Of a stretch of 64,000 nucleotides of DNA, positions 1 to 10,430 are shown piece after piece. The stretch comes from Hypanus sabinus (taxonomy: Eukaryota), in the NCBI RefSeq assembly GCF_030144855.1, contig NC_082725.1:5766001-5830000 (forward strand), written 5' to 3'. How positions within the stretch are numbered: the stretch's first letter is position 1; each line of letters starts with the position of its first letter. The notes beneath the pieces were generated by a model. That model had not been told where the DNA came from. It made no database searches and worked only from the letters and a program-made list of their open reading frames with translations. The position numbers and the translations under genes were made by a program.

Positions 1-629
1 TTGCCACTTTCCCATAAAGTTGCAACTGATGAAGCACCCAGGCAACAATTGCCGTGTGCAGTCTCTCCCATCTCAGTCACTGAAGCTTGTAACTCCCCCA
101 GAGTTGGTGGCCTCCCTCACTAGTCCCCCTCCTTGCATGGTCACTTAGTTTTTAAAGGAGGGCCTGCTCTAGGCAGATTTACAGCTGTGCCATATTCTTT
201 TGTCTTCATGGTGTAGTTTTTGCCAGGATACAGTCTCACCAGCAGTTGGACTTTCCAGATACAGATGTATTTTTACTACAATTAGTTGAAGCACCTTGAC
301 TGCACACAGGTCTCCAAAAACAGATCTCCATTTAACTAATTATGTGACTTCTAAAACCAATTGGCTGCATCAGTGATGATTTGGTGTGTCACATTAAAGG
401 CGGGGACGGGGGGGGGGGGGGGGGGGAATACTTAAGCAATCAATTATTTTGTGTTTTAATTCGTAATTAATTTAGTTCACTTTGTAGAGATCTGTTTTCA
501 CTTTGACATGAAAGTATTTTTCTATTGATCAGTGTCAAAAAAGTAAAATTAAATCCACTGTGATTCAATGTTGTAAACATGAAAACTTTCAAGGGGGGTT
601 TTTAACATTTCTTTAAAATATAGGCACTG
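1..629 (-). mobile_element. Tc1-family DNA transposon remnant (5' end and terminal inverted repeat), same family as 17170-18720
   Basis: Similar to 18030-18720; ends in taggcactg, the reverse complement of the cagtgccta terminus. Confidence 0.75.
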
Positions 630-1220
630 CATGGGAGCAGGATTAGACCATATGGCCCATCAAGTCTGCTCCACCATTTTATCATGGCTGATCCAATTTT
701 CCTCTCAGATCCTATCTCCCGCCTTCTCCCCATATCCCTTCATGTCCTGTCCAATCAAGAATCTATCAAACCCTGCTTGTTCCACAGTGGCACCACCATC
801 TGAGTGAAGAAGTTTCCCCTAAATATTTTGCCTTTCACCCTAAACCCAACACCTCTCATTTCAGTCTCATACAACCTCAGTAGAAAAAGCCTGCTTATAT
901 TTAAAAACACAAAATGCTGGCAGAACTCAGCAGGCCAGATAGCATCTATGGGAGGGGGTAGTGACGACGTTTTGGGCCGAAACCCTTCATCAGGACCCTC
1001 CTGATGAGTTCTGCCAGCATTTTGTGTTTTTATTTATTTCCAGCATCTGCAGATTCACTCGTCCTGCTTGTATTTACCCTATCAAGGTCCCTCAATTTTA
1101 TAAAATTCCATCAAATCTTCCCTTATTCTTAGCGAATAATGTTTTAGACTATTCAACCTTTCCTAGTAACTCAGGTCCTCAAGTTCTGGCAACATTCTGT
1201 AAATTTTCTCTGTACTCTTA
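630..1220 (-). mobile_element. CR1 LINE 3' fragment, interrupted by the element at 904-1062
   Basis: Matches other reversed CR1 3' ends in the window (e.g. 14900-15200). Confidence 0.6.
904..1062. mobile_element. Penelope-derived fold-back element with hammerhead-like core and 14-bp TSD
   Basis: Inverted arms about 904-931 and 1000-1030; TSD cctgctt(a/g)tattta at 890-903 and 1063-1076. Confidence 0.7.
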
Positions 1221-1839
1221 GTAATTTTTTTAGATCTCTCTACTGTAACTTGCTTTTTGTAAGAATAGGGTACAGGTGAGACCATTCCCACAGTATTTAT
1301 ACACAGCTTAATAAATCATATCATTACTTAAAACAAAAGATATATTGGCATTGGAGGCAGACCTAAAGGGCTAATCTATGTAGCTAATTCCTTGTCTAAA
1401 GAAACTGTCTGATCACTGATGGTGAAAGGAATTTGATCTATATTCCTTGGAGTTTGGAGAATGATGGTCATCTTTATTGAAGTTAATTGACTCCTCAACT
1501 TCAGGCAAAGGAGTGTTAGTAAAATTTAAGCAAACTGGAAACAATGAGAAATTGTTCTTTAGGTGAAACAGGATGGAGGATACTTGTTGCAGAAGACAAC
1601 ATTGCAGGATTCCTCAAAAAAAATTATCCTAGGGACAAGCATCTATAGATAATTTATCAATGGCCTTTCCTTCATTGCAAGATCAGACGTGGGATTATTT
1701 ACTGATGAATGAGCAGCTTTCAGTTTTCTTTGACTTCAAAAGGTAAGTGGCAAATAGCAAGCATGCTGCACAAAAAGGTGGAGAAACCTGTATTATTAGA
1801 TTAAGGTTCAGCTGTTAAGGTGTTATTCACGTTAGTCAC

Positions 1840-1998
1840 CTGCAGCTCTACGAGGCGTAATCTCTCTTGGAATATACGTCAAGTCAGGTTCTTCAAGGTC
1901 ATCATCTGACTTAGATTCTGAATCAGACCAGGGGTTCTTTTTCTTTCCCTTTTTGACTTGAGATTTGGGAGTCTGAGACGTTTTCCTTGCTCGGGCAC
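1840..1998 (-). CDS. TOP2B: TOP2B exon ~30 (GARARK...KKNPWSDSESKSDDDLEE...PRRAA)
   Basis: cag/gtgact, 159 nt; NPWSD motif of the beta C-terminal domain. Confidence 0.88.
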
Positions 1999-2139
1999 CT
2001 GATAATCAAAAACAGAAATTCATACCATAAGGAATTTCTCAGTTTGTCATGTGTCACTTTGGTATATGTATTAATCTTGACATACAAAATATGTTATCTT
2101 ATTGACAATTTCCATTCCGTTATCAAAAGCCACACCACA

Positions 2140-2450
2140 GGTGATGGATTTGCTGCCTCACACCTCTGGCAATCTGGTTCAATCCTGCCTTTGGTGCTTC
2201 TGTGAACTCTGCACCATTCTCTCCAGGAGTGCGTGGATTCCCTCTGGGTGCTCTGATTTCCTCTCACACTCTAAGGGCAGCAGACTAATTGGCCACTCTA
2301 AATTGCCTGCAGTGTGTAGGTGATGGGTAGAATTGGGGAGGGATTGATGGGAATGTAGGGAGGATAACGAAATGGGATTAGCATTAATGAGTACTCGATA
2401 TTTGGTGCAGACTTGGTAGGCTTAAGTGGCTGTTTCTGTGTTCTAATTTG
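2140..2450 (+). mobile_element. tRNA-derived V-SINE (HE1-like)
   Basis: B-box-like ggttcaatcc followed by V-domain gggtgctctgatttcctctcaca; related copies at about 4920-5180, 13760-13920 (-), 25175-25480 and 54865-55115. Confidence 0.6.
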
Positions 2451-3013
2451 TTCAGTGACCATAAGCTAACCTGGGTACCATGCATAGCATTAATCCGCAG
2501 CATCTTTTGATTTACATAGATTTAGACTGACTGTTAGTTTAAAGTTAAGAAGCTACCAGAAAAGGATGCTATTGACTTTCTTCCTAGAAATTATACACTT
2601 AAAGCTTATATCGTTTGAAGGACAGAGTTGATCAGGTGGAGACAGCAGTCCTTTAATAAAGAAAATCTCAAAGAGTTATATTGTAGATCATATATGTTCA
2701 AGCCTGCAAGTATTCACTAATACAGCAGTTATGTTTTTTTTAAAAGGTAGCTCCATTTTAAATTAGGATAAAACTTTGACAGAAGTACATTTTCAGACTT
2801 TAATTAATTTTATTATCACATTCAACATTACATTTAATTTTAAACTGTTTTGACAGAGTCTAAGAATAGGCTTTGCTTTATTATTTGAAGTTACACTTAA
2901 GTAAATGTTGCTTTTGTTTGAACAAGTTAGAGGGCACTGCTTGTTTCTCATTCTGTTTAATATTGTTGGTCTACTGGATAAAGTGGAGCACATCCTAATT
3001 TGCGTAAACACAC

Positions 3014-3149
3014 CAGGTTCCTTCTTCTCTTTCTTCAGGCGTGGAGCTTTAACTTTTGCCTCACTTGTGTCCAATGCTTCTCCATTTCCTTCCCCTATTG
3101 CTGCCCCAACCTCTTCATCAAATTCCAGCTTTATTCCATCTGCATCACC
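3014..3149 (-). CDS. TOP2B: TOP2B exon ~29 (GDADGIKLEFDEE...KKEKKEP)
   Basis: cag/gtgtgt, 136 nt; resembles the TOP2B C-terminal domain. Confidence 0.86.
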
Positions 3150-3672
3150 CTGAAAATTAAAATATGAACAATAACAGCCCAGTAATTAAAAAAATTTGTA
3201 GTGAAATAAAGGAGATACAAATTCTTTGAAACGCTCTAAAAAGGAATAAAAATTGATGTGTTTGTCGGGTAAAGTGAATATTTTAAAGGTAAGTTATGTT
3301 TGATAAATTTAAAGATATCATTAATAGAATTTGGGCCCATGATCAGCATTGTAGGAAGCTAGAAATGGGGCATCATCAATGATCACTTGGAATTTAGTAA
3401 TGATACTAAATTAGGTAGTTTGCAAAAAGTGGTTTCATTGAATACTTAATTTTAAAACATGGATAGGATGCAAGTACTTCTGATTTGTTGTGGATAAATT
3501 TAACAACGAGCAAAGGAAAAAAAAACGTAAATAAATAGAATAAAGCTCTCTCATAACTGAAAGTACAACTGTATGAATATCTACATGCATGTAGAAAAAT
3601 ATACAATAGAAACCCTGTGTAAGTTTTGTGGGTTCAGCATAGAGAAGGTCCAGTCCTAGAAAATGTATATAT

Positions 3673-4529
3673 CATGCCTTGAAAAAGTATTCAATCCCAG
3701 CTATCCCAATGAAGGGCCTCAGCCCAAAACGTCAAATGTTTACTCTTGTTCATTGTTGCTACCTGGCCTGCTGAGTTCCTCCAGCATTCTGTGTGTTGCT
3801 TCAACCCCAACAACTACTTTCACATTTTACTGTCTCATTTTCTAAGTTTAAAATATATAGAATTCGTTTTTTTTGAGCTAATCTATAAAACATTGTGCAC
3901 CATATCAAAACAAAAGGAAAAGGTCTAAACCTATCATCAATATACTAAAAACTAAAAAACAAAATTGTGAGGCTGAAAAATATTCATCCCCTTCGTAATT
4001 ACTACACTAACTTTCCTCAGATGCAATATATGCATTACTTACCAACTCACCCAATTTGTTGTTGTAGAAATTTGGAGGATCACCTGTTTTCAACGAATTA
4101 ATTAGAATAAATACAATCGAACATCTCTGGCAAGACCGCAAGATTGCAATCCACCATTGCTCCCTAACTAACCTAGTACATCTTGAGTAATTTTGCAAGA
4201 AGAAATGAGCAAACCACTCCAGCACGTTGTGCAAAGCTAAGAGACTTATTCAAAAATATTACTGGCCATAATAGCTGTGAGAGGTGGTTCAACTAAGTGC
4301 TGAGCAAGGGGTGGGGGGGCGGGGATACTTTTGAACCTCTGACATTTCAGTTTTTCAATTTTTAGTTTTTCTTGTTTTACTATTTTACCTGTTTGTTTGG
4401 GCTCTAGTGTAAAAAAAAGTAACGTGATACACAAATAAAAATTCTCAGTTAAACTGATCAAAATCCCTGGTTGTTATACTCAATTATGTGAACAAAGGGT
4501 TGGGGGCTGAATACTTTTGCAAGGCACTG
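3673..4529. mobile_element. Internally deleted Tc1-like element with a Penelope-end insert (about 3700-3800)
   Basis: Terminal inverted repeats tgccttgaaaaagtattca / tgaatacttttgcaaggcactg followed by TA. Confidence 0.65.
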
Positions 4530-5424
4530 TATAGCTAGCTGTTTTGGCTATAAAGCTTCTAAAGCTTCTCATTACTGCAATCAGGAACCTCCAGCACAAG
4601 CCATGATTCTGCAAAGTTAGAGCTATACAGGATGCTACAAGATAGCAATTCCATGGCAAAACAGACTAAAGACACTGAGCTTGGGAAGAATTTTTAAAAG
4701 AAAGAGTAAATGGGATAAAACTCTTCCAGTAAGTGATCATCAAACTAAAGCAACAGAGGGACAAGGGAAAAAGTTCAATGCTCAGCAAAATTTGTATTTT
4801 GCTATTAGGATTCATTGAGGCATCTGTGTTACACCTGTTAGATAAAACTAGAATAAATATTTAAGGCTGAGAATTTAATCAGATAAATACAAAGCAAGTA
4901 AACTAGGGCACCAGGGTCACCTGGTGGTTAGTTCAGTCGTATTACAGCTTGGGCGTCAGTGTCTGGAGTTCAATTCTGACGTCATCTGTAAGAAGTTTGT
5001 ATGAACCCTGTGAATGCATGGGTTTCCTCTCACATTCCAATGATGTAACTGTTAGTAGATTAATTAGTCATTGTAAATTGTCCAGTGATTAGGCTATTGT
5101 TAAATAGGTAGGTTGCAGGGCCACGCGGCTTGTTAGGCCGGAAGGGCCTGTTCCATGCTGTTATTACTAAGTAAATAAATACCTCCCTTCATCCTTCAAT
5201 GCTTTCAGACACATTGTATCTATCCTTGCAAACACCAAGGAGCAAAGCAGATTAATAGGGCACCTTACTTTGTTTTTACTTTACTAAACCCAACATCAAT
5301 GTAATCTTAATTTCAGTAGTAATATTAACAATGCAACCATTTAATGAAATACAGAAGGGTAATTATGTGAAACAAAAGCATTACAATATATCCTAAATGT
5401 ACCTTAAAGTAATTTTAAACTTGC

Positions 5425-5625
5425 CTTTCCTTTCTTCTTCAGTAATTTTTTTGTTCCATCTGCTTTTACTGCAAGCATGATGACAGGTTCAATTCTCCTA
5501 CCATGGACTGAGGGCAAGGTCTCATCAAGTTGCATCTTTTTGAATTTTGGTTTGCCAACTTTTCCCTTGACTGCCTTGCTAATAGTTCCTGCTAGAGCAT
5601 CCTCTCTCTCTTGAGCTTCCACACG
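5425..5625 (-). CDS. TOP2B: TOP2B exon ~28 (RVEAQERED...PSVHGRRI...KKLLKKKGK), GC donor
   Basis: cag acceptor, 201 nt; donor AAG|gcaagt. Confidence 0.87.
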
Positions 5626-6511
5626 CTGCAGTAAAATGGAGAAATAAGTTTGTTTCAACAGTCACGTCAAAAGGTTTGGTATTGGTATTAATTTATTATT
5701 GTCACACATGCTAAGATACAGTGAAAAGCTTGTCATATACTATTAATACAGATCAAATCATTACACAATGCATGAAGATAGAATATGATAAAACAATAAC
5801 AATGCAGATTGAAGCATAAAAGCTACCAAAAAACTGCAATGCAGGTAAACAATAATGTGCAAGTCTGAAAGTGTAGACTGTGAGGTTAAGAGTATCATAT
5901 CAGAGGTCCGTTAAGTAGCCTGATAACAGTGGGACAAAAAGCTGTCCTTGTGCCTGGTGACATATTTTCAGGCTTTTATATTTTCACCGTTACTCAACAA
6001 GTATAAAGACCATAAGACACAGCAGAATTAGGCCGTTCAACCCATAAAGTCTGTTCTGCCATTCCGTCATGACTAATCTCAGATCCCACTCAACCCCATA
6101 CATCAGCCTTCTCACCATATCCTTTGATGCCTCGATCGATCAAGAAACTATCAACATCCACCTTAAATTTGAATCGGGAGCAAGTTACAGCTTGTGATTC
6201 AGCTGGGAGCTCAGAGAATTCGACCATGTAGGTAGGATTTAAGCCTACCTGGTCAATACCTGTGCAGGAGGGGGAACTGTGCAGGAGGGGGAACTGCGCA
6301 GGCGCGAGTGGCGTCAGCGTCGAGCGCGCACTTTAAAAGGCAGGACTTCTTGTCAGAGCGGGCAGTGGAGTCCGTGGAAGCAGAGTCCTGGGCTTTGGCT
6401 AAGTGGGCTTCGGCGTAAGGGGACTTCGGTAAGCTTGTGTGATTGCTCGCTGAGGGGAAGAAGGTAAGGTCACTAGGTGCTTTTTAGACATTCTATTAAT
6501 TCAGTTCAGGT

Positions 6512-7437
6512 ATGGGGGAGACAGTCAGAGCAGTGGTGTGCTCCGTATGCAGTATGTGGGAGGTCAGGGTCAACACAGTTGTCCCTGATGACCACACCTG
6601 CAAAAGGTGCGTCCAGCTGCAGCTCCTATCAGACCGAGTTAGGGAGTTGGAGCAGGAGCTGGATGAACTACGGATCATTCGGGAGGTGGAGGCAGAGATA
6701 GATAGGAGTTATCAGGAGGTAGTCACACCAAAAAACCAAGAAGTAGGCAGATGGGTGGCGGTCCAGAGAGGCAGGGGGAGCAGGCAGAGAGAACAGAGCA
6801 CCCCTGCGGCCATTCCCATTAACAATAAGTATACCGTACTGGATACTGTTGATGGGGATGACCTACCAGGAATGAGTTGTAGTGGTCCTGCCTCTGGCAC
6901 AGAGGTTGAACCCTCAACTAGAAAGGGGAGGAGGGAAGAGAAGAGAGCGATAGTTTTAGGGGGGCAGATAGGAGATTTTGTGGGGCAGATCGGGAGTCTC
7001 GGATGGTATGTTGCCTCCCTGGTGCCAGGGTCCGGGACATCTCAGATCGGGTGCAGGCTATTCTTGAGAGTGAGGGCATGAACCCAGATGTAGTGGTCCA
7101 TGTAGGGACCAATGATGTAGGTAAGGTGAGTGAGGGGGTCCTGCTTAGAGAGTTCAGGGAGTTAGGAGTGAAGCTGAAAGGCAGGACCTCCAGGGTGACA
7201 ATCTCAGGATTGCTACCTGTGCCACGTGCGAGTGAGGCGAAGAATAGAATGATTATGCACATTAATACGAGGCTGAGAGCATGGTGCAGGAAGGAAGGGT
7301 TCAGGTTTTTGGATAATTGGTCTTTGTCCCAGGGACATTGGGATCTGTTTCGAAGGGATGGTCTACATCTGAACCGGAGGGGTACTAACATTCTTGCAGG
7401 AGTATTTGCCAGTGCTGCTCGGGGGGGTTTAAACTAG
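6512..7437 (+). pseudogene. CR1 ORF1 (zinc finger, coiled coil, SGNH esterase), frameshifted near 6960
   Basis: CSVC..CKRC, heptad repeat, HVGTND and DGLHLN esterase motifs; split over ORFs 6512-7081 and 7003-7437. Confidence 0.85.
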
Positions 7438-7439
7438 AT

Positions 7440-10430
7440 GTGCAGGGGGCAGGGATCCAGATCCAGAGGGTTGGTCAGAAGGTGCATGGAGTTAAATGTG
7501 TACAAGGTTTGGGTGATCTTGAGAAGGTCATCAAAATTCAGGGTGCAATTTGCCCGATGGAAGTTCAAGGAGCTGGGTTAGGTACAGTAGACAGTGTTTT
7601 AAGCAAAGAGAGGAGGAATGGGCTAAGAATTCTATACTTGAATGCGCGTAGTGTCAGAAATAAGACAGATGAGCTTGAAGCTCAGATGAAAATGGGGAAC
7701 TACGATATTGTTGGGATAATGGAGACATGGCTGCAAGGGGATCAGGCCTGGGAATTGAGTGTACCAGGGTATACGTGCTATCGTAGAGACAGAAATATGG
7801 GAAGAGGGGGTGGGGTGGCCCTGTTGGTGAGGAATGAGATTCAGTCCTTAGCAAGAGGTGACTTGGGAACAGGGGAAGTAGAGTCTGTGTTGATTGAGCT
7901 GAGGAACAGTAAGGGTAAAAAGACCCTAATGGGTGTTGTGTACAGGCCCCCAAACAGTAGTGTGGATATTGGGTACAAGTTGATTAGGGAGTTAACATTG
8001 GCATGTGCTAAAGGTAATGCAGTCGTTATGGGAGATTTCAACATGCAGGTGGACTGGGAGAATCAGGTTGGTGCTGGACCCCAGGATAGGGAGTTTGTGG
8101 AGTGTCTGAGGGATGTATTTTTGGAACAGCTTGTGCTTGAGCCAACCAGGAACGAGGCTATTTTGGACTTGGTGATGTGTAATGAACAGGAATTGATAAG
8201 TGATCTTGAAGTAAAGGAGCCATTAGGAAGTAGTGATCATAACATGATAAGTTTTTATCTACAATTTGAGAGGGATAGGGGCAGATCAGAGGTGTCAGTG
8301 TTGCAATTAAATAAAGGAGACTACGGAGCCATGAGGGATGAGCTGGCCAAAGTTAAATGGGCGGATGCCCTGGCAGGAAAGACAGTGGATCAGCAGTGGC
8401 AGATATTCTTGGGCATAATACAAAAGATGCAAATGCAGTTCATTCCAATGAGAAGGAAGGATTCAAAGAGGGGGAAGGGGCTACAGTGGTTGACAAAGGA
8501 AGTCAAAGATTGTATAGCATTAAAGAAAAAGAAGTATGACAGGGCTAAGATGAGTGGGAATACAGATGATTGGGAAAGTTTTAAGGAACAGCAGATCTTA
8601 ACTAAAAAAGCAATACGGAGAGAAAAAATCAGGTATGAGCTCAGTCTAGCCAGGAATATAAAAGGGGATAGCAAAAGCTTTTTTAGCTATGTGAAGAGAA
8701 AGAAGATAGTTAAGAACAATGTTGGCCCCTTGAAGAATGAATTGGAAGAAATTGTTATGGGAAACAGGGAAATGGCAACAGAATTTAATGCATACTTTAG
8801 ATCTGTCTTCACCAGGGAGGACACAAGCAATCTCCCAGATGTATGGATGGGCCAGGGTCATAAGATATCAGAGGAATTGAGACAGATTGACATTAGGAAA
8901 GAAACTGTGATGAGTAGACTGGTAGGACTGAAGGCTAATAAATCCCCGGGTCCAGATGGTCTGCATCCGAGGGTTCTAAAAGAGGTGGCTCAGGAAATTG
9001 CGGATGCATTGGTAATCATTTTCCAATGTTCCTTAGATTCAGGATCAGTTCCTGAAGATTGGAGAGTGGCTAATGTTGTCCCACTTTTCAAGAAGGGAGG
9101 GAAGGAGAAAACGGAGAACTATCGCCCTGTTAGCCTAACGTCAGTCGTGGGGAAGATGCTTGAGTCCATTATTAAGGACAAAATAGTGGCACATCTAGAT
9201 GGCAGAAATAGGATTAGGCCGAGCCAGCATGGATTTACCAAGGGCAAATCATGCTTGACTAATCTGTTGGAGTTTTTTGAGGGTGTAACAAGGATGTTAG
9301 ACGAGGGTAAGCCAGTAGATGTTGTGTACCTAGATTTTCAGAAGGCATTCGATAAGGTGCCACATAGGAGATTGGTGAGTAAAATCAGAGCTCATGGCAT
9401 TGGGGGCAGGGTTTCAACATGGATAGAAAACTGGTTGGCAGATAGAAAGCAAAGGGTAGCAGTGAATGGGTGTTTCTCAGACTGGCTGGAGGTGACTAGT
9501 GGGGTACCACAGGGCTCTGTATTGGGACCACAGCTCTTTACGATTTATGTCAATGATTTAGATGAGGGCATTGAAAACTATATCAGCAAGTTTGCTAACG
9601 ATACTAAACTGGGTGGCAGTGTGACATGCGAAGAGGACGTTAGGAGAATACAGGGAGACTTGGATAGGCTGAGTGAGTGGGCAGATACTTGGCAGATGTC
9701 ATTCAATGTGAATAAATGTGAAGTTATCCACTTTGGAAGCTGGAACAAGAGGGCAGAGTATTATCTGAACGGTGTCGAGTTAGGTAAGGGAGAAATGCAA
9801 AGAGACCTAGGAGTCCTAGTTCACCAGTCAATGAAGGTGAATGAGCAAGTGCAACAGGCAGTGAAGAGGGCAAATGGAATGTTGGCCTTTGTTACAAGGG
9901 GAATTGAATACAAGAGCAAGGATGTTCTTTTGCATTTGTACAGGGCCCTGGTGAGACCACACCTGGAATATTGTGTACAGTTTTGGTCTCCAGGTTTAAG
10001 GAAGGACATTCTGGCAATTGAGGAAGTGCAGCGTAGATTCACTAGGTTGATTCCTGGGATGGCAGGGCTGTCTTATGCAGAGAGATTGGAGAGATTGGGC
10101 TTGTACACGCTGGAATTGAGGAGATTGAGAGGGGATCTGATTGAAACGTTTAAGATAATTAAAGGATTTGATAGGATTGAGGCAGGAAATATGTTCCAGA
10201 TGTTGGGAGAGTCCAGTACCAGAGGGCATGGATTGAGAATAAGAGGTCAGTTATTTAAAACAGAGTTGAGGAAGAGCTTCTTCTCCCAGAGAGTTGTGGA
10301 GGTGTGGAATGCACTGCCTCGGAAGACGGTGGAGGCCAATTCTCTGGATGCTTTCAAGAAGGAGCTGGATAGATATCTGATGGTTAGGGGAATCAAGGGA
10401 TATGGGGACAAGGCAGGGACTGGGTATTGA
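7440..10430 (+). CDS. CR1 ORF2, APE endonuclease plus reverse transcriptase (open frame, RT motif FAND instead of FADD)
   Basis: YLNARS, ETW, GDFN, SDH; NYRPVSLTS, DFQKAFD, GVPQGSVLGP; 996 aa. Confidence 0.93.
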   Translation: MQGAGIQIQRVGQKVHGVKCVQGLGDLEKVIKIQGAICPMEVQGAGLGTVDSVLSKERRNGLRILYLNARSVRNKTDELEAQMKMGNYDIVGIMETWLQGDQAWELSVPGYTCYRRDRNMGRGGGVALLVRNEIQSLARGDLGTGEVESVLIELRNSKGKKTLMGVVYRPPNSSVDIGYKLIRELTLACAKGNAVVMGDFNMQVDWENQVGAGPQDREFVECLRDVFLEQLVLEPTRNEAILDLVMCNEQELISDLEVKEPLGSSDHNMISFYLQFERDRGRSEVSVLQLNKGDYGAMRDELAKVKWADALAGKTVDQQWQIFLGIIQKMQMQFIPMRRKDSKRGKGLQWLTKEVKDCIALKKKKYDRAKMSGNTDDWESFKEQQILTKKAIRREKIRYELSLARNIKGDSKSFFSYVKRKKIVKNNVGPLKNELEEIVMGNREMATEFNAYFRSVFTREDTSNLPDVWMGQGHKISEELRQIDIRKETVMSRLVGLKANKSPGPDGLHPRVLKEVAQEIADALVIIFQCSLDSGSVPEDWRVANVVPLFKKGGKEKTENYRPVSLTSVVGKMLESIIKDKIVAHLDGRNRIRPSQHGFTKGKSCLTNLLEFFEGVTRMLDEGKPVDVVYLDFQKAFDKVPHRRLVSKIRAHGIGGRVSTWIENWLADRKQRVAVNGCFSDWLEVTSGVPQGSVLGPQLFTIYVNDLDEGIENYISKFANDTKLGGSVTCEEDVRRIQGDLDRLSEWADTWQMSFNVNKCEVIHFGSWNKRAEYYLNGVELGKGEMQRDLGVLVHQSMKVNEQVQQAVKRANGMLAFVTRGIEYKSKDVLLHLYRALVRPHLEYCVQFWSPGLRKDILAIEEVQRRFTRLIPGMAGLSYAERLERLGLYTLELRRLRGDLIETFKIIKGFDRIEAGNMFQMLGESSTRGHGLRIRGQLFKTELRKSFFSQRVVEVWNALPRKTVEANSLDAFKKELDRYLMVRGIKGYGDKAGTGY

